Positions 11,663 to 23,059 of a stretch of 35,345 nt of DNA are shown piece by piece. Every line of letters starts with the position of its first letter. Position 1 is the first letter of the stretch. This DNA is from Nemertoderma westbladi (Eukaryota > Animalia > Xenacoelomorpha), in the NCBI GenBank assembly GCA_032718475.1, contig JAUCBJ010006664.1, forward strand, positions 1 to 35,345. The letters run 5' to 3'. A program made the translations under genes and the position numbers. A model generated the notes under the pieces. The model did no database searches, was not told the origin of the DNA, and worked only from the letters and a program-made list of their open reading frames with translations.

Positions 11663-12203
11663 TGGGGCGAGCCACGAAGTTGGCGGAGCCTTAGCGAATT
11701 GACACTGTTAGGGGGTGGGTCAATTTATGCAAATAGTTGTCGTCGTCGTCGTTGTCGTCGTCGTTGTCGTCGTCGTCGTTGTCGTCGTCGTCGTCGTTAC
11801 GATTTTGACATGCTAATAACTTTGTCGGATTTAAAGCTGCCAAGTTGAAAATTTGTAGGTATCAATATGAGCAAAAGTTGAGATTTTTGAGAGACTTTCA
11901 GACACCATCAGTGCAATGGTCTCCCGCTAGAGGGCCACATGTCTAAACATTAAATGCCCTCCCATTTCTTTGCTTTTAATCCGTTTAAGCTGAAACTTGG
12001 CAGATATGTATTAGACCATTAGCTGTGACTTTCAAAGGAGGCGAATCCATCTGCAGTTCTCCAGTCTGCCGCTAGAGGGCCAAAGGTCTGAAAGTGAAAA
12101 CAACTAACGACGACAACTATTTGCATAAATTGACCCACCCCCTAACAGTGTCAATTCGCTAAGGCTTCGCCAACTTCGTGCTGCGCGAAGTCCCCACTTC
12201 GTG
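11663..12203. mobile_element. ~540-bp non-autonomous element with 74-bp subterminal inverted repeats, (GTC)n microsatellite and 3' hairpin
   Basis: 11673-11746 is the reverse complement of 12107-12180 with one mismatch. Hairpin CGAAGT-CCCC-ACTTCG at 12186-12201. Absent at the equivalent site of A2 (about 21937). Confidence 0.85.
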
Positions 12204-13198
12204 TTGATGTTATGCAAACCATGCGTTTATGGCATGACTTATTTGATACATCAGATTTAACTACCACAAATGTTCTTGATATTGTTAAGGAGTTTACATG
12301 GTGCAGCAACTACGCTGAACTTGCAGATTGCATCAGTGAGCAACATGTCACCAATCCGGCATTGAGTAACTGTGACATGGTCTGTGGTGATTCTCAAGAA
12401 GATAAAAACAATCTATGCAATTCTGATAGGCCTAGTGATTCGGAAAATGTTTCTGGTAAAGATGATATGGATGTATTTCCAAGTAACTGAATTTGAATTT
12501 GAGTCAGAATCCGCTTATACAATTTATAGCAAGAAAACGAAACGTAACGTTCTTAATGAATGTCCTTCATGAACCACTTTCAATTGTATATTGTAAATGT
12601 ATATCAAGTTGTTTATCAGGAAAATTTGTCATAAATTATATATTCGAGCGATTCGGGCGCCATTCTGCTTTAAAACACGATTACTAAAGTATTTGATTTC
12701 CAAATTGGCACATTCGACATATATATTCTACTTACTTAAAATTAATCTCTACCTTTTAGGTGACAATGAATTCCTAGTCCCCATTTTGAACCATGCCACA
12801 CATACTGCTGCGTTTGGTCAAAATGTTAAATTAGATCACAAAATATTAATTACATTGTAGATTCCAGTCCCCACATTGAACAACAGCACCCATACTACAA
12901 CGTGTGTTTGGAATGTTATATTAACTGTATGGAAAAGGGGACACTTGAAACTATCGCATTATACTGGGGTCAGTGAAATTTTCAAAACTCAAACACAAAT
13001 TTACACACGTATTTGACAGGTTTGGGTGGAACAGGGGACATCGCCGAAATGATCCGAAATTTTCAGAATCCATTAATTTTAGTACGTAGATTCCATTTTT
13101 GATATCATTTCATTCCGGGGACGTCCCCGGATTGTAGATCGTCCCCGGTTTGTCGCTGTGTATTCATGCAATTGTCCCCTGTTTGAACCAGTTCACCT

Positions 13199-13226
<28 letters not shown>
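13199..13226 (+). repeat. (CA)n microsatellite, junction 2
   Basis: Directly visible between A1 and B. Confidence 0.95.
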
Positions 13227-13230
<4 letters not shown>

Positions 13231-14029
13231 CTGCAAATCGTATATTATCCTAACACCAACACATTTACGTTTTTTACGCGACAGTACTAACACCTAATGA
13301 CACTGATTTAATTGTGCTAACACAACCAGTTCAATGAATGACCGCTAGTAGTGCACACCACACATCAATTCCCCTAACAGGGTAATAACTAGTGTTTAAA
13401 TTGCCGGCTTCTGAACATTCATTAAGGAAATCTGTATAAAAGCAATATTGGCTGGAATATATGACTATAATTTAATTTCTAGAATACAACTATTGTGCTA
13501 ACAACAACCAATAGTAGTATGCTGATAGCAACTACTGACAACTAAATGCGGTGTAATATAATATGCAATACTGCACATCGCATTATAGCAAAATTAATGC
13601 AACATTTATTTCCTACGAGATTGACACCGGAATTATCAGTTATTCTGTTAGCCGAAGTAATGAAAGAAGTGGGGTGCTGCACTGTGCTGCACTACTGTGC
13701 TGCACTACTGTGCTGCACTAACAGACACAAATGTCGCGTTAGCTCCATGCGCGTTAGATCCCACCGAATTAGATACCACTGCAATGCCTGTCATTAAGTC
13801 TTGCGTCGTTAGGTTTCGCCGTATTTTGCAGAAATAATTTGTACTTACTGTATATTTGCAGCTGATTTCTAGTATAAATAAGTATAACCAGAGTTATTGA
13901 CTTTCGTTTTTTGTTTTGGTTAAAATAACATGTTGGTGGACCTATCGCTGCATGACCTTATGACACAGAAACATCGCGCTAGACTTAAAGCAGAAGGTCT
14001 TACTACACTGGAATTTATATTTACGCTCT

Positions 14030-14657
14030 TCACACTGTACTGTAGTTCAGTTATTAGGAAGCGCAATATTAGCCAGATAAAATACACACTCACCAATATT
14101 GGTTACACCTTGCCATATAATTGATTACACTGTAGTTCAGTTGTTAGCACAATATTAGTTAGCCAGATAATATAAACACACACTCACCAATATTGGTTAC
14201 ACCTTATCATATAATTGATTACACTGTAGTACAGTTAGCACAATATTACTTAGCCAGATATACACACAGACACCAATATTTGTTACACCTTGTTATATAA
14301 TTGATTACACTGTAATTCAGTTGTTAGCACAATATTAGTTAGCCAGATGATATAAACACACACTCACCAATATTGGTTACACCTTATCATATAATTGATT
14401 ACACTGTAGTACAGTTAGCACAATATTACTTAGCCAGATAATATACACACAGACACCAATATTTGTTACACCTTGATATATAATTGATTACACTGTAGTT
14501 CAGTTGTTAGCACAATAAGGGTTAGCCAGATAATATAAACACACACTCGCTAATATTGGTTACACCTTGTCATATAATTGATTGCGCTGTAGTTTAGTTG
14601 TTAGCACAATATTAGTTAGTCAGATAATATAAATCCACACTCGCTAATATTGGTTAC
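14030..14657. repeat. ~90-bp satellite (alternating 94 and 86-89 bp monomers, ~180-bp dimer), left part
   Basis: The anchor TTGATT recurs at 14121, 14215, 14301, 14395, 14484 and 14578. Confidence 0.9.
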
Positions 14658-16156
14658 TACTACTACTAGAATCGGCATGCTGCATTACAGCTGCATTTTT
14701 AAGAATGCTGTGCCGGCTTATCGACAACTCCCTATCACCCATGACATTTGCTAGATCATCCGCATCTTCAAGGCCAGTGTCCTTTAAGATGCGTCTCAAG
14801 AAAGTCATGGGCTTGTCCACCATGCTTATTCACTCCATGAGGCTGCCAAAGTACAAGATTATGCACTGGCTGGTCCTCACGGCGATAGCAATGTCCTGCA
14901 AAGCGGAGGCGATTTTGTTCTAGTGTCAAGCTTGGGGGAACCAATGAGACACCTCCAATGTTATATAGTGTCTGGTTGGAGATGTGTGCATTGTACTTGA
15001 CACAATGAACCCGGCGTAGCATTCTTGTGAAAGTGCCATCCAGAGATTTCGTGTCCTCCGCAGTTAGAGCCCAGCATGGACTCCCATAGAGGAGTACTGG
15101 AACTACTGCTCCTCTAAATAATCGGACCTTAAGTGTCCGATTAATTCTCGGTGACTTCCAAATCCTGGAAAGCCTATTAAAGGTTGCCCATGCCTTTCCC
15201 TTACGTATTCGTAGGTCCTCATCTGACTTCCGGATACATGATCCCAGGTAACAGAAGTCATCCACATGCTCAAGCATACCATCTTTTGAGCTTATGCTCA
15301 TCCGATCAGAGACTTGCTGAGGACTTTCAAAGTTAACTGTCAAAATTTTGGTCTTTCTGGAGTTAATAAAAAGACACTAGAAGCAGCATGATCTAATGAG
15401 CTGAGGAGCCGTTGGGCTCCCTCTAGTGATTCTGAGAGTACTCCTAAGTCATCAGCAAAGTCTAGATCAGTTAGGTACTTGGCAGGATTTCCTCGACTTC
15501 TGGAGCCAGTAGGTGGAGTTATCAGCACCCCATCATCATTATGATGATCTAAGGACATGCGTAGAACATAGTCAACAACAATTATTAACAAGAATGGTGC
15601 AATTGTGTCTCCATGGAGGACGCCCTATAACACTTCAAATGGTTCTGTGTCACCGTCAACAGTAGACACAAATGTTGTCGAACCATCGTATACTGATCGG
15701 ATTGCTGCAATAATTTCATCAGGAATCCCATATAATGAAAGTATGCTGAACATACGTGAGCGAGAGACTGATTCAAAGGCCTTGAAGAAGTCAACAAAGA
15801 TAACAGCCAGATGCCTGTCTTTCTTTTTTGATAACTCTTCAATTATCCTTCTAAGTGCCAAAATGGGCTCCATGGTCCCACGACCTTTACGGAACCCATT
15901 CTGATTTCCACGGAGCAGTCTCTCAATGGGATCCCTGATGCGATTAAATAGAATTCTATTGTATAGCTTTGCAGCAATCGAGATCAATGAGATTCCCCGA
16001 AAAGAACCATAGAGTGTTAGGTTGCCCTTCTTGGGACCTGCACCAACTTATTTGTTTTCATTTCTTGTGGGACTCTTGTTGTTCGGTACATGTCTACTAT
16101 GATGGGATAGATGAGCTTTAAACACTCAGGTATTTTAAAGAACTAGAACTAGCTCT
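14658..16156 (-). mobile_element. 5'-truncated RTE-clade LINE with (TAG)n tail and 13-bp TSD; RT frame disrupted
   Basis: PKKGNL..FRGISLISIAAKLYNRIL, QNGFRKGR, FVDFFKAF, DLDFADDL, FCYLGS, RLRFAGHCYR. Contains a stop and a frameshift. Tail CTACTACTACTA on plus at 14657-14668. TAATATTGGTTAC is duplicated at 14645-14657 and 16157-16169. Confidence 0.9.
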
Positions 16157-16445
16157 TAATATTGGTTACACCTTGTCATATAATTGATTACACTGTAGTT
16201 CAGTTGTTAGCCCAATAAGGGTTAGCCAGATAATATACACACACTCGCTAATATTGGTTACACCTTGTCATATAATTAATTGCGCTGTAGTTTAGTTGTT
16301 AGCACAATATTAGTTAGCCAGATAATATAAACACACACTCGCTAATATTGGTTACACCTTGTCATATAATTGATTACACTATAGTTCAGTTGTTAGCACA
16401 ATGTTAGTTAGCCAGATTATATAGGTACACACTCGTCAATATTTG
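16157..16445. repeat. ~90-bp satellite, right part
   Basis: The same monomer resumes in phase after the RTE insertion, about 3 units. Confidence 0.9.
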
Positions 16446-16624
16446 TTTTATTATAGATACATTTAATTTTAGATGTTAGATGAAAAATAGTTTGCCACCC
16501 ATTTGATACGACTACAGCTTTATTAACTTTATGAAATGTATCTAACATTAGAATTGTTACACACATATGTGAATTTTTGGAATCTAAAAGACCTATTATC
16601 CAATACATGGAAATGATACATGAT

Positions 16625-16757
16625 ACACCTAACAGTAATCTTATGGAAACAACACACCTAACAGTAATCGGGTGGAAATAGTACACCTACACCTAACAGT
16701 AATCGGGTGGAAGCGATACACCTAACAGTAAACGGGTGGAAGCGACACACCTAACAT
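16625..16757. repeat. ~29-bp tandem repeat ACACCTAACAGTAATCGGGTGGAA (4-5 units)
   Basis: Directly visible; contains the CTAACA motif of segment B. Confidence 0.8.
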
Positions 16758-16981
16758 GTATATTTACAATATATTCACATTGCAGCTGCATGGGGGCGCA
16801 AGATAAAAAAACACACTGAAAATTTATCTGGCAAATTAAATTCACCTAACATAGCTTGAAACTTCGCGAGATGATTTTTTTCGTAATTTGAGACAACTGT
16901 TAGCGGAAAGTGTTAGCACAATTGCGAAGTTAGCACAATGATTGTGGGAATCTGGCGAAATGTTAGGTGTATTACGCGTTT

Positions 16982-16982
<1 letters not shown>

Positions 16983-17060
<78 letters not shown>
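16983..17060 (+). repeat. (CA)n microsatellite, junction 3
   Basis: About 39 CA units between B and A2. Confidence 0.95.
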
Positions 17061-17063
<3 letters not shown>

Positions 17064-18184
17064 CTCTTTGTACAACCCCCATTCTGGGGACCGTTATTTC
17101 TATCGGTCGGTTCTGGGGTCGATATTGATTCCCTTATAACTTCTTTATTCTTGGTTTAAATTAAATTATTTTGGCACCAATAGACTCAGGAGACCATTTT
17201 ACGTCATTCTATTGTTTCAAAATTTATCAACTCTAAAGATTGCTAATTTGTTACTCATAGGTTGAACTGGGGTCCTCAAACATACACATTTCACTGGTGT
17301 GTTTAAGTTTTTCTCCAATCACGACCCGGTCCCCAGTGTGATTGAGCACATTTCAGGTAGAGTTTACACAATCATTATTAACTCTACCGAATGTTAAACA
17401 TTTAACAATGTGCAGCGTGTCAGACAATATGTGATTGGATAACAAATAATGTTCTGGAATATTCTTGAGAAATAGAAAGGGTTCAATGTGCAGGCAGCCA
17501 TAATCTTCAAACCCTTGTATTCGTAACTAACTCTGCAATATGATTTTGATGTGAGGAAACAATACGTAGATTTCATTTTGCTACCAATTTTAACTAAATA
17601 TTTTAATATTTTTATTGCTATTTGTGATAATAATCAAAATAACCAATGAACTTGAAATTAATAATTAACTAAACCTAAGAAACATTCATTTAATTTCGCA
17701 GTATGTAGTGCCTAATAATAGTATATTATTGACTACATGATGTTCGTAACATTAATACAGTCGATAATATAGTTAAATGCTTTAATTCTGATTTTCTTAA
17801 TATATAAGAAGAAAACAATACATGTATTATTTCGTTTCTAAAATTTATATTTTAATAAGCGATTCATTTATTTCATACTGATTATGGAGAAAAAATGATG
17901 TTGATGTAGATTGCATTTTAGCTACTAATTCACTCCGGGGACGTCCCCGGATTGTTGATCGTCCCCGGTTTGACGTTGTGTATTCATGCAATTGTCCCCG
18001 GTATGAATCAGGTACAACGTAATCATGTGTAATCCGTATCCGTATGTAATGTATATTTTTGAATACATATGATTGCATGAACATATCAAGTAGGATTGGG
18101 TACTAAGCAAGTTAAATTCTTTAGTACTACAGTAAATACATAAAAATGAAAACATACGATACGTTGGCCTAGGTATTATTTTAA

Positions 18185-19414
18185 GGCCCCGCGGTAGCGC
18201 TACATGGACATGATTTTTATATTGCCTTGTTAGAGCAACTTCTCATTGTCAGAAACGACCATAACTTGGTATGAAGGTCAATGGAAGATTTGTAATTATG
18301 AATAAAAATAAAAAATTCAAATTTTTCAAAAATTTGGAAAAATATTAACAAATATTGACAAATTTTTGGACAAAAATCCAAAAACCTTCATCAGATTCAA
18401 TCTTGAGTATTTTCCTTTCTAATTTTTCAAATCGCATCAAAAATGTATGCTCTTTCGATATCTCGAAGCAAAATTTCAAAAATTAATTAACAATTGTCAT
18501 TTTGGTGCTGTTTTTTGTTTTGTTTATTGTTTAATTTTGACAAATTAAAAATTATAAATATTTTATTCAATTTTGGCCAATTATTTCCTTATTGGAATAA
18601 AACAATCAGAATTCGAGATCGAGATATCTGAAGAGAGAGCACATCAGAGAACCCCTCTGAGCAAAATTTTTGAAATTTTATTGAAAATTGAATTGTCTGA
18701 AGCTATTTTTATGCAAAAAAAAACCATTCCGAGATAATTGCCTTTAAAATTTGAACCTTCCCGCGCAAAAATTGTCTGTTAATATGTGAGAAAGTTTGTC
18801 AATATATAGGTATCAACAAGAAAGCATAAACCATGCTAAAAATTTTGCTATGGGGGTATTCCTGGTAGCTGATTTCATTTCTGAGGTCAGTTTTCAATTT
18901 TAATGAAATCTAGTTTGTCTGAATGTTTGTCTGTCGGTCTTTCTGACCATCCGACTTATCTGTCTGTCAAATATTAGAAAAAGGCACAGCATTGAGCTAA
19001 AAGTTTAGCTATAGGGGTTTTCCTGGTCGCAGAATTTATTTCGAGTGTCAATTTTAACATTTGATGACTTCCAAATTGTCTGTTTCGCTGTCAGACTGTC
19101 GGTTATATTTTGACAGACAGACTGATAGGCATACAGACAGAACCGACGAGGGCAAATTTGATTAATGACATCAGAAATGAAGTCACCGACCACGAAAACC
19201 CACACAGGGAATTTTATTAGACAAATCGTATGTTTTTTATTGACGGACAGACATACTGACGGACAAACCGACAGTAAAACGGACAGACAGCAATATCTCG
19301 AGAAATAGGACAGATCTTGCTAAGCGGTTTTCAAATTTGGAATCTTGATAAATCTGCTCTAGATGAAATTAAAAAATTTTTGAAAAAAATTATTGAAGTA
19401 GTGCTACCGGGGCC
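18185..19414. mobile_element. Kolobok-like element nested in A2
   Basis: TTAA-GGCCCCGCGGTAGCGCTAC ... GTAGTGCTACCGGGGCC-TTAA; same site as in A1. Confidence 0.78.
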
Positions 19415-19764
19415 TTAAGTGTTTTTCTCTAATTCTCTAATTATATCAACTTCGTACAGTTCTAGAAAAATTGTTATAGGATCAAAAAGTTGAACTTTCT
19501 TGGTTATGCCTGGGATTCACAATTTCAAGTTAAGTGCAAACAAGTTTCTATGTATAAAGTTGATATAATTGGAGAAAATTATAAACATACTTATAAGAAA
19601 GATGCACTTTATAGCGTTATGACATTTTATAACACTCACTTCGTTCAGATAATAAACACACTCTGGCCGACCTCTAAAAAGTGCTACTTTTTACAAAGTG
19701 TATTAATAGTAAATGAAATCAATGTATAAAATAATTGTAAATACATGGATGTTAACTTGTTTAT

Positions 19765-22300
19765 GGGGTTGAAAAGGAAGGAGAAAAGGTATTGAATACA
19801 AGAAGAAGAAGGAGGAATAACACGGAAGTTATCAAATCTTACCCAAAAAGAAGCAGAGCAACTAGAAGATTGGACAATAAAGAAGAGTTACAGAGAGATA
19901 TTGAAGTGCCTAAGTTGTCGGAGTTTAAAGGAGTGAGTGGGGCTGTGTCGCGTGAGTTTAAAGGAGTGAGTGGGGCAGGGTTGTCGGAGGTTGAAGGAGT
20001 GGGTGGGGCAGGGTCATTTGAGTTTAAAGGAGTGGCTGGGGCAGGGTTGTCGGAGTTTAAAGGAGTGAGTGGGGCAGGGTTGTCGGAGTTTTAAGTAGTG
20101 AGTGGGACAGGGTTGTCGGATGTCGAAGGAGTGGGTGGGGCAGGGTCATTGGAGTTTAAAGGAGTGAGTGGGGCAGGGTTTTCCGAGGTTGAAGGAGTGG
20201 GTGGGGCAGAGTCGTTGGAGGTTGAAGGAGTGGGTGGGGCGAGATCGTTGGAGGTTGAAGGAGTGGGTGGGGCAGGGTCATTGGAATTTAAAGGAGTGAG
20301 TGGGGCAGGGTTGTCGGAGTTTAAAGGAGTGAGTGGGGCAGGGTTGTCGGAGTTTAAAGGAGTGAGTGGGGCAGGCTTGTCGGAGGTTGAAGGAGTGGGT
20401 GGGGCAGGGTTTTGAGTTTAAAGGAGTGAGTGGGGCAGGGTTGTCGGAGGTCAAAGGAGTGGGTGGGGCAGGGTCATTTGAGTTTAAAGGAGTGAGTGGG
20501 GCAGGGTTGTCTGAGTTTAAAGGAGTGAGTGGGGCAGGGTTGTCGGAGGTTGATGGAGTGGGTGGGGCCGGGTCATTTGAGTTTAAAGGAGTGAGTGGGG
20601 CAGGGTTGTCGGAGGTTGAAGGAGTGGGTGGGGCAGGGTCATTTGAGTTTAAAGGAGTGAGTGGGACAGGGTTGTCGGAGGTCAAAGGAGTGGGTGGGGC
20701 AGGGTCATTTGAGTTTAAAGGAGTGAGTGGGGCAGGGTTGTCTGAGTTTAAAGGAGTGAGTGGGGCAGGGTTGTCGGAGGTTGAAGGAGTGGGTGAGGCA
20801 GGGTCATTTGAGTTTAAAGGAGTGAGTGGGGCAGGGTTGTCGGAGGTTGAAGGAGTGGGTGGGGCAGGGTCATTTGAGTTTAAAGGAGTGAGTGGGGCAG
20901 GGTTGTCCGAGGTTGAAGGAGTGGGTGGGGCAGAGTCGTTGGAGGTTGAAGGAGTGGGTGGGGCGAGATCGTTGGAGGTTGAAGGAGTGGGTGGGGCAGG
21001 GTCATTGGAATATAAAGGAGTGAGTGGGGCAGGGTTGTCGGAGTTTAAAGGAGTGAGTGGGGCAGGGTTGTCGGAGGTTTAAGGAGTGGGTGAGGCAGGG
21101 TCGTTGAAGGTTGATGGAGTGGGTGGGGCAGGGTCGTTGAAGGTTGAAGGAGTGGGTGGCGCAGGGTTGTTGAAGGTTGAAGGAGTGGGTGGGGCAGAGT
21201 CATTGGAGTTTAAAGGAGTGAGTGGGGCAGGGTCGTCTGAGTTTAAAGGAGTGAGTGAGGCAGGGTTTTCGGAGGTTGAAGGAGTGGGTGGGGCAGGGTC
21301 ATTTGAGTTTAAAGGAGTGAGTGGGGCAGGGTTGTCGGAGGTCGAATGAGTGGGTGGGGCAGGGTCATTTGAGTTTAAAGGAGTGAGTGGGGCAGGGTTG
21401 TCTGAGTTTAAAGGAGTGAGTGGGGCAGGGTTGTCGGAGGTTGAAGGAGTGGGTGGGGCAGAGTCATTTGAGTTTAAAGGAGTGAGTGGGGCAGGGTTGT
21501 CGGAGGTTGAAGGAGTGGGTGGGGCAGGGTCATTGGAGTTTAAAGGAGTGGCTGGGGCAGGATTGTCGGAGTTTAAAGGAGTGGGTGGGGCAGGGTCATT
21601 GGAGTTTAAAGGAGTGAGTGGGGCAGGGTTGTCGGAGGTTGAAGGAGTGGGTGGGGCAGGGTCATTGGAGTTTAAAGGAGTGGCTGGGGCAGGATTGTCG
21701 GAGTTTAAAGGAGTGGGTGTGGCAGGGTTGTCGGAGGTTGAAGGAGTGAGTGGGTCAGGGTCGTCTGAGTTTAAAGGTGTGAGTGGGGCAGGGTTGTCGG
21801 ATGTTGAAGGAGTGGGTGGGGTAGGGTTGTCCGAGATTGAAGGAGTGGGTGGGACGAGGTCGTTGGGGGTTGAAGGAGTGGATGGGGCAGGGTCGTTGGA
21901 GGAGGATAGGGTTTGGGGGCAAGGTTAACTGCGTCTGTTGTTGTTATGCAAACCATGCGTTCATGGCATGACTTATTTGATACATCAGATTTAACTACCA
22001 CCAATGTTCTTGATATTGTTAAGGAGTTTACTTTGTGCAGCAACTATGCTGAACTTGCAGATTGCATCAGTGAGCAACATGTCAGCAATCCGGCATTGAG
22101 TAACTGTGACATGGTCTGTGGTGATTCTCAAGAAGATAAAAACAATCTATGCAATTCTGATACTGATTCGGGAAATGTTTCTGGTAAAGATGATATGGAT
22201 GTATTTTCAAGTAACTGAATTTGAATTTGAGTCAGAATCAGCTTATACAAATTATAGCAAGAAAAGGAAACGTAACGTTCTTAATGAATGTCCTTCATGA
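19765..22300 (+). pseudogene. Possible decayed ORF of family A: basic N-terminus, 11-aa Gly-rich repeats, acidic region ending near KKRKR
   Basis: The frame NTRRRRRNNTEVIKSYPKRSRATRRLDNKEELQRDIE runs in frame into GAGLSEFKGVS repeats. A protein-like acidic segment follows the array. Several stops and frameshifts; no recognised domain. Confidence 0.35.
19913..21905 (+). repeat. 33-bp G-rich minisatellite (about 60 units)
   Basis: Same unit as 8389-11630 with a different order of variants. Confidence 0.95.
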
Positions 22301-22988
22301 ATCACTTTCAACTGTATATTGCAAATGTATATCAAGTTGTTTATCAGGAAAATTTGTCATAAAATTATATATTCGATTTGATTTCTTATTGTTTGTTGAA
22401 ATAATAGATAATAGAAATGAAATGAATGAAATAATAGCAGTGAGGGGCGCCATTCTGCTTTAAAACACGATTACTAAAGTATTTGATTTCCAAATTGGCA
22501 CATTCGACATATATATTCTACTTACTTAAAATTAATCTCTACTTTTTAGGTGACAATGAATTCCTAGTCCCCATTTTGAACCATACCACACATACTGCTG
22601 CGTTTGGTCAAAATGTTAAATTAGATCACAACATATTAATTACATTGTAGATTCCAGTCCCCACATTGAACAACAGCACCCATACTACAACGTGTGTTTG
22701 GAATGTTATATTAACTGTATGGAAAAGGGGACACTTGAAACTATCGCATTATACTGGGGTCGGTGAAATTTTCAAAACTCAAACACAAATTTACACACGT
22801 ATTTGACAGGTTTGGGTGGAACAGGGGACATCGCCGAAATGATCTGAAATTTTCAGAATCCATTAATTTTAGTACGTAGATTCCATTTTTGATATCTTTT
22901 CATTCCGGGGATGTCCCCGGATTGTAGATCGTCCCCGGTTTGTCGCTGTGTATTCATGCTATTGTCCCCTGTTTGAACCAGTTCACCT

Positions 22989-22995
22989 ACACACC

Positions 22996-23055
<60 letters not shown>
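22989..23055 (+). repeat. (CA)n microsatellite, junction 4
   Basis: Directly visible between A2 and the right arm of the outer TIR element. Confidence 0.95.

Positions 23056-23059
<4 letters not shown>

Larger units (their letters stand above)
5372..13198 (+). mobile_element. (CA)n-flanked non-autonomous element, family A, copy 1
   Basis: Colinear with 17061-22988. Homology starts (CCCCTCTTTGTACAACC) and ends (GAACCAGTTCACCT) exactly at CA tracts. GGGGAC/GTCCCC motifs cluster near both ends. Confidence 0.75.
13226..16982. mobile_element. (CA)n-flanked segment B, probable second element family with imperfect TIRs
   Basis: Left TGCAAATCGTATATTATCCTAACA versus right-end reverse complement TGCAAACGCGTAATACACCTAACA. 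CTAACA motifs cluster at the left end and TGTTAG at the right end. Confidence 0.5.
17061..22988 (+). mobile_element. (CA)n-flanked non-autonomous element, family A, copy 2
   Basis: Direct, diverged repeat of 5372-13198. Shorter minisatellite and lacks the 540-bp insert. Confidence 0.75.

Noticed and set aside
16842-17159. HT- and CV-repeat ORFs (also near 5242, 13105, 22853)
   Set aside because: Translations of (CA)n microsatellites.
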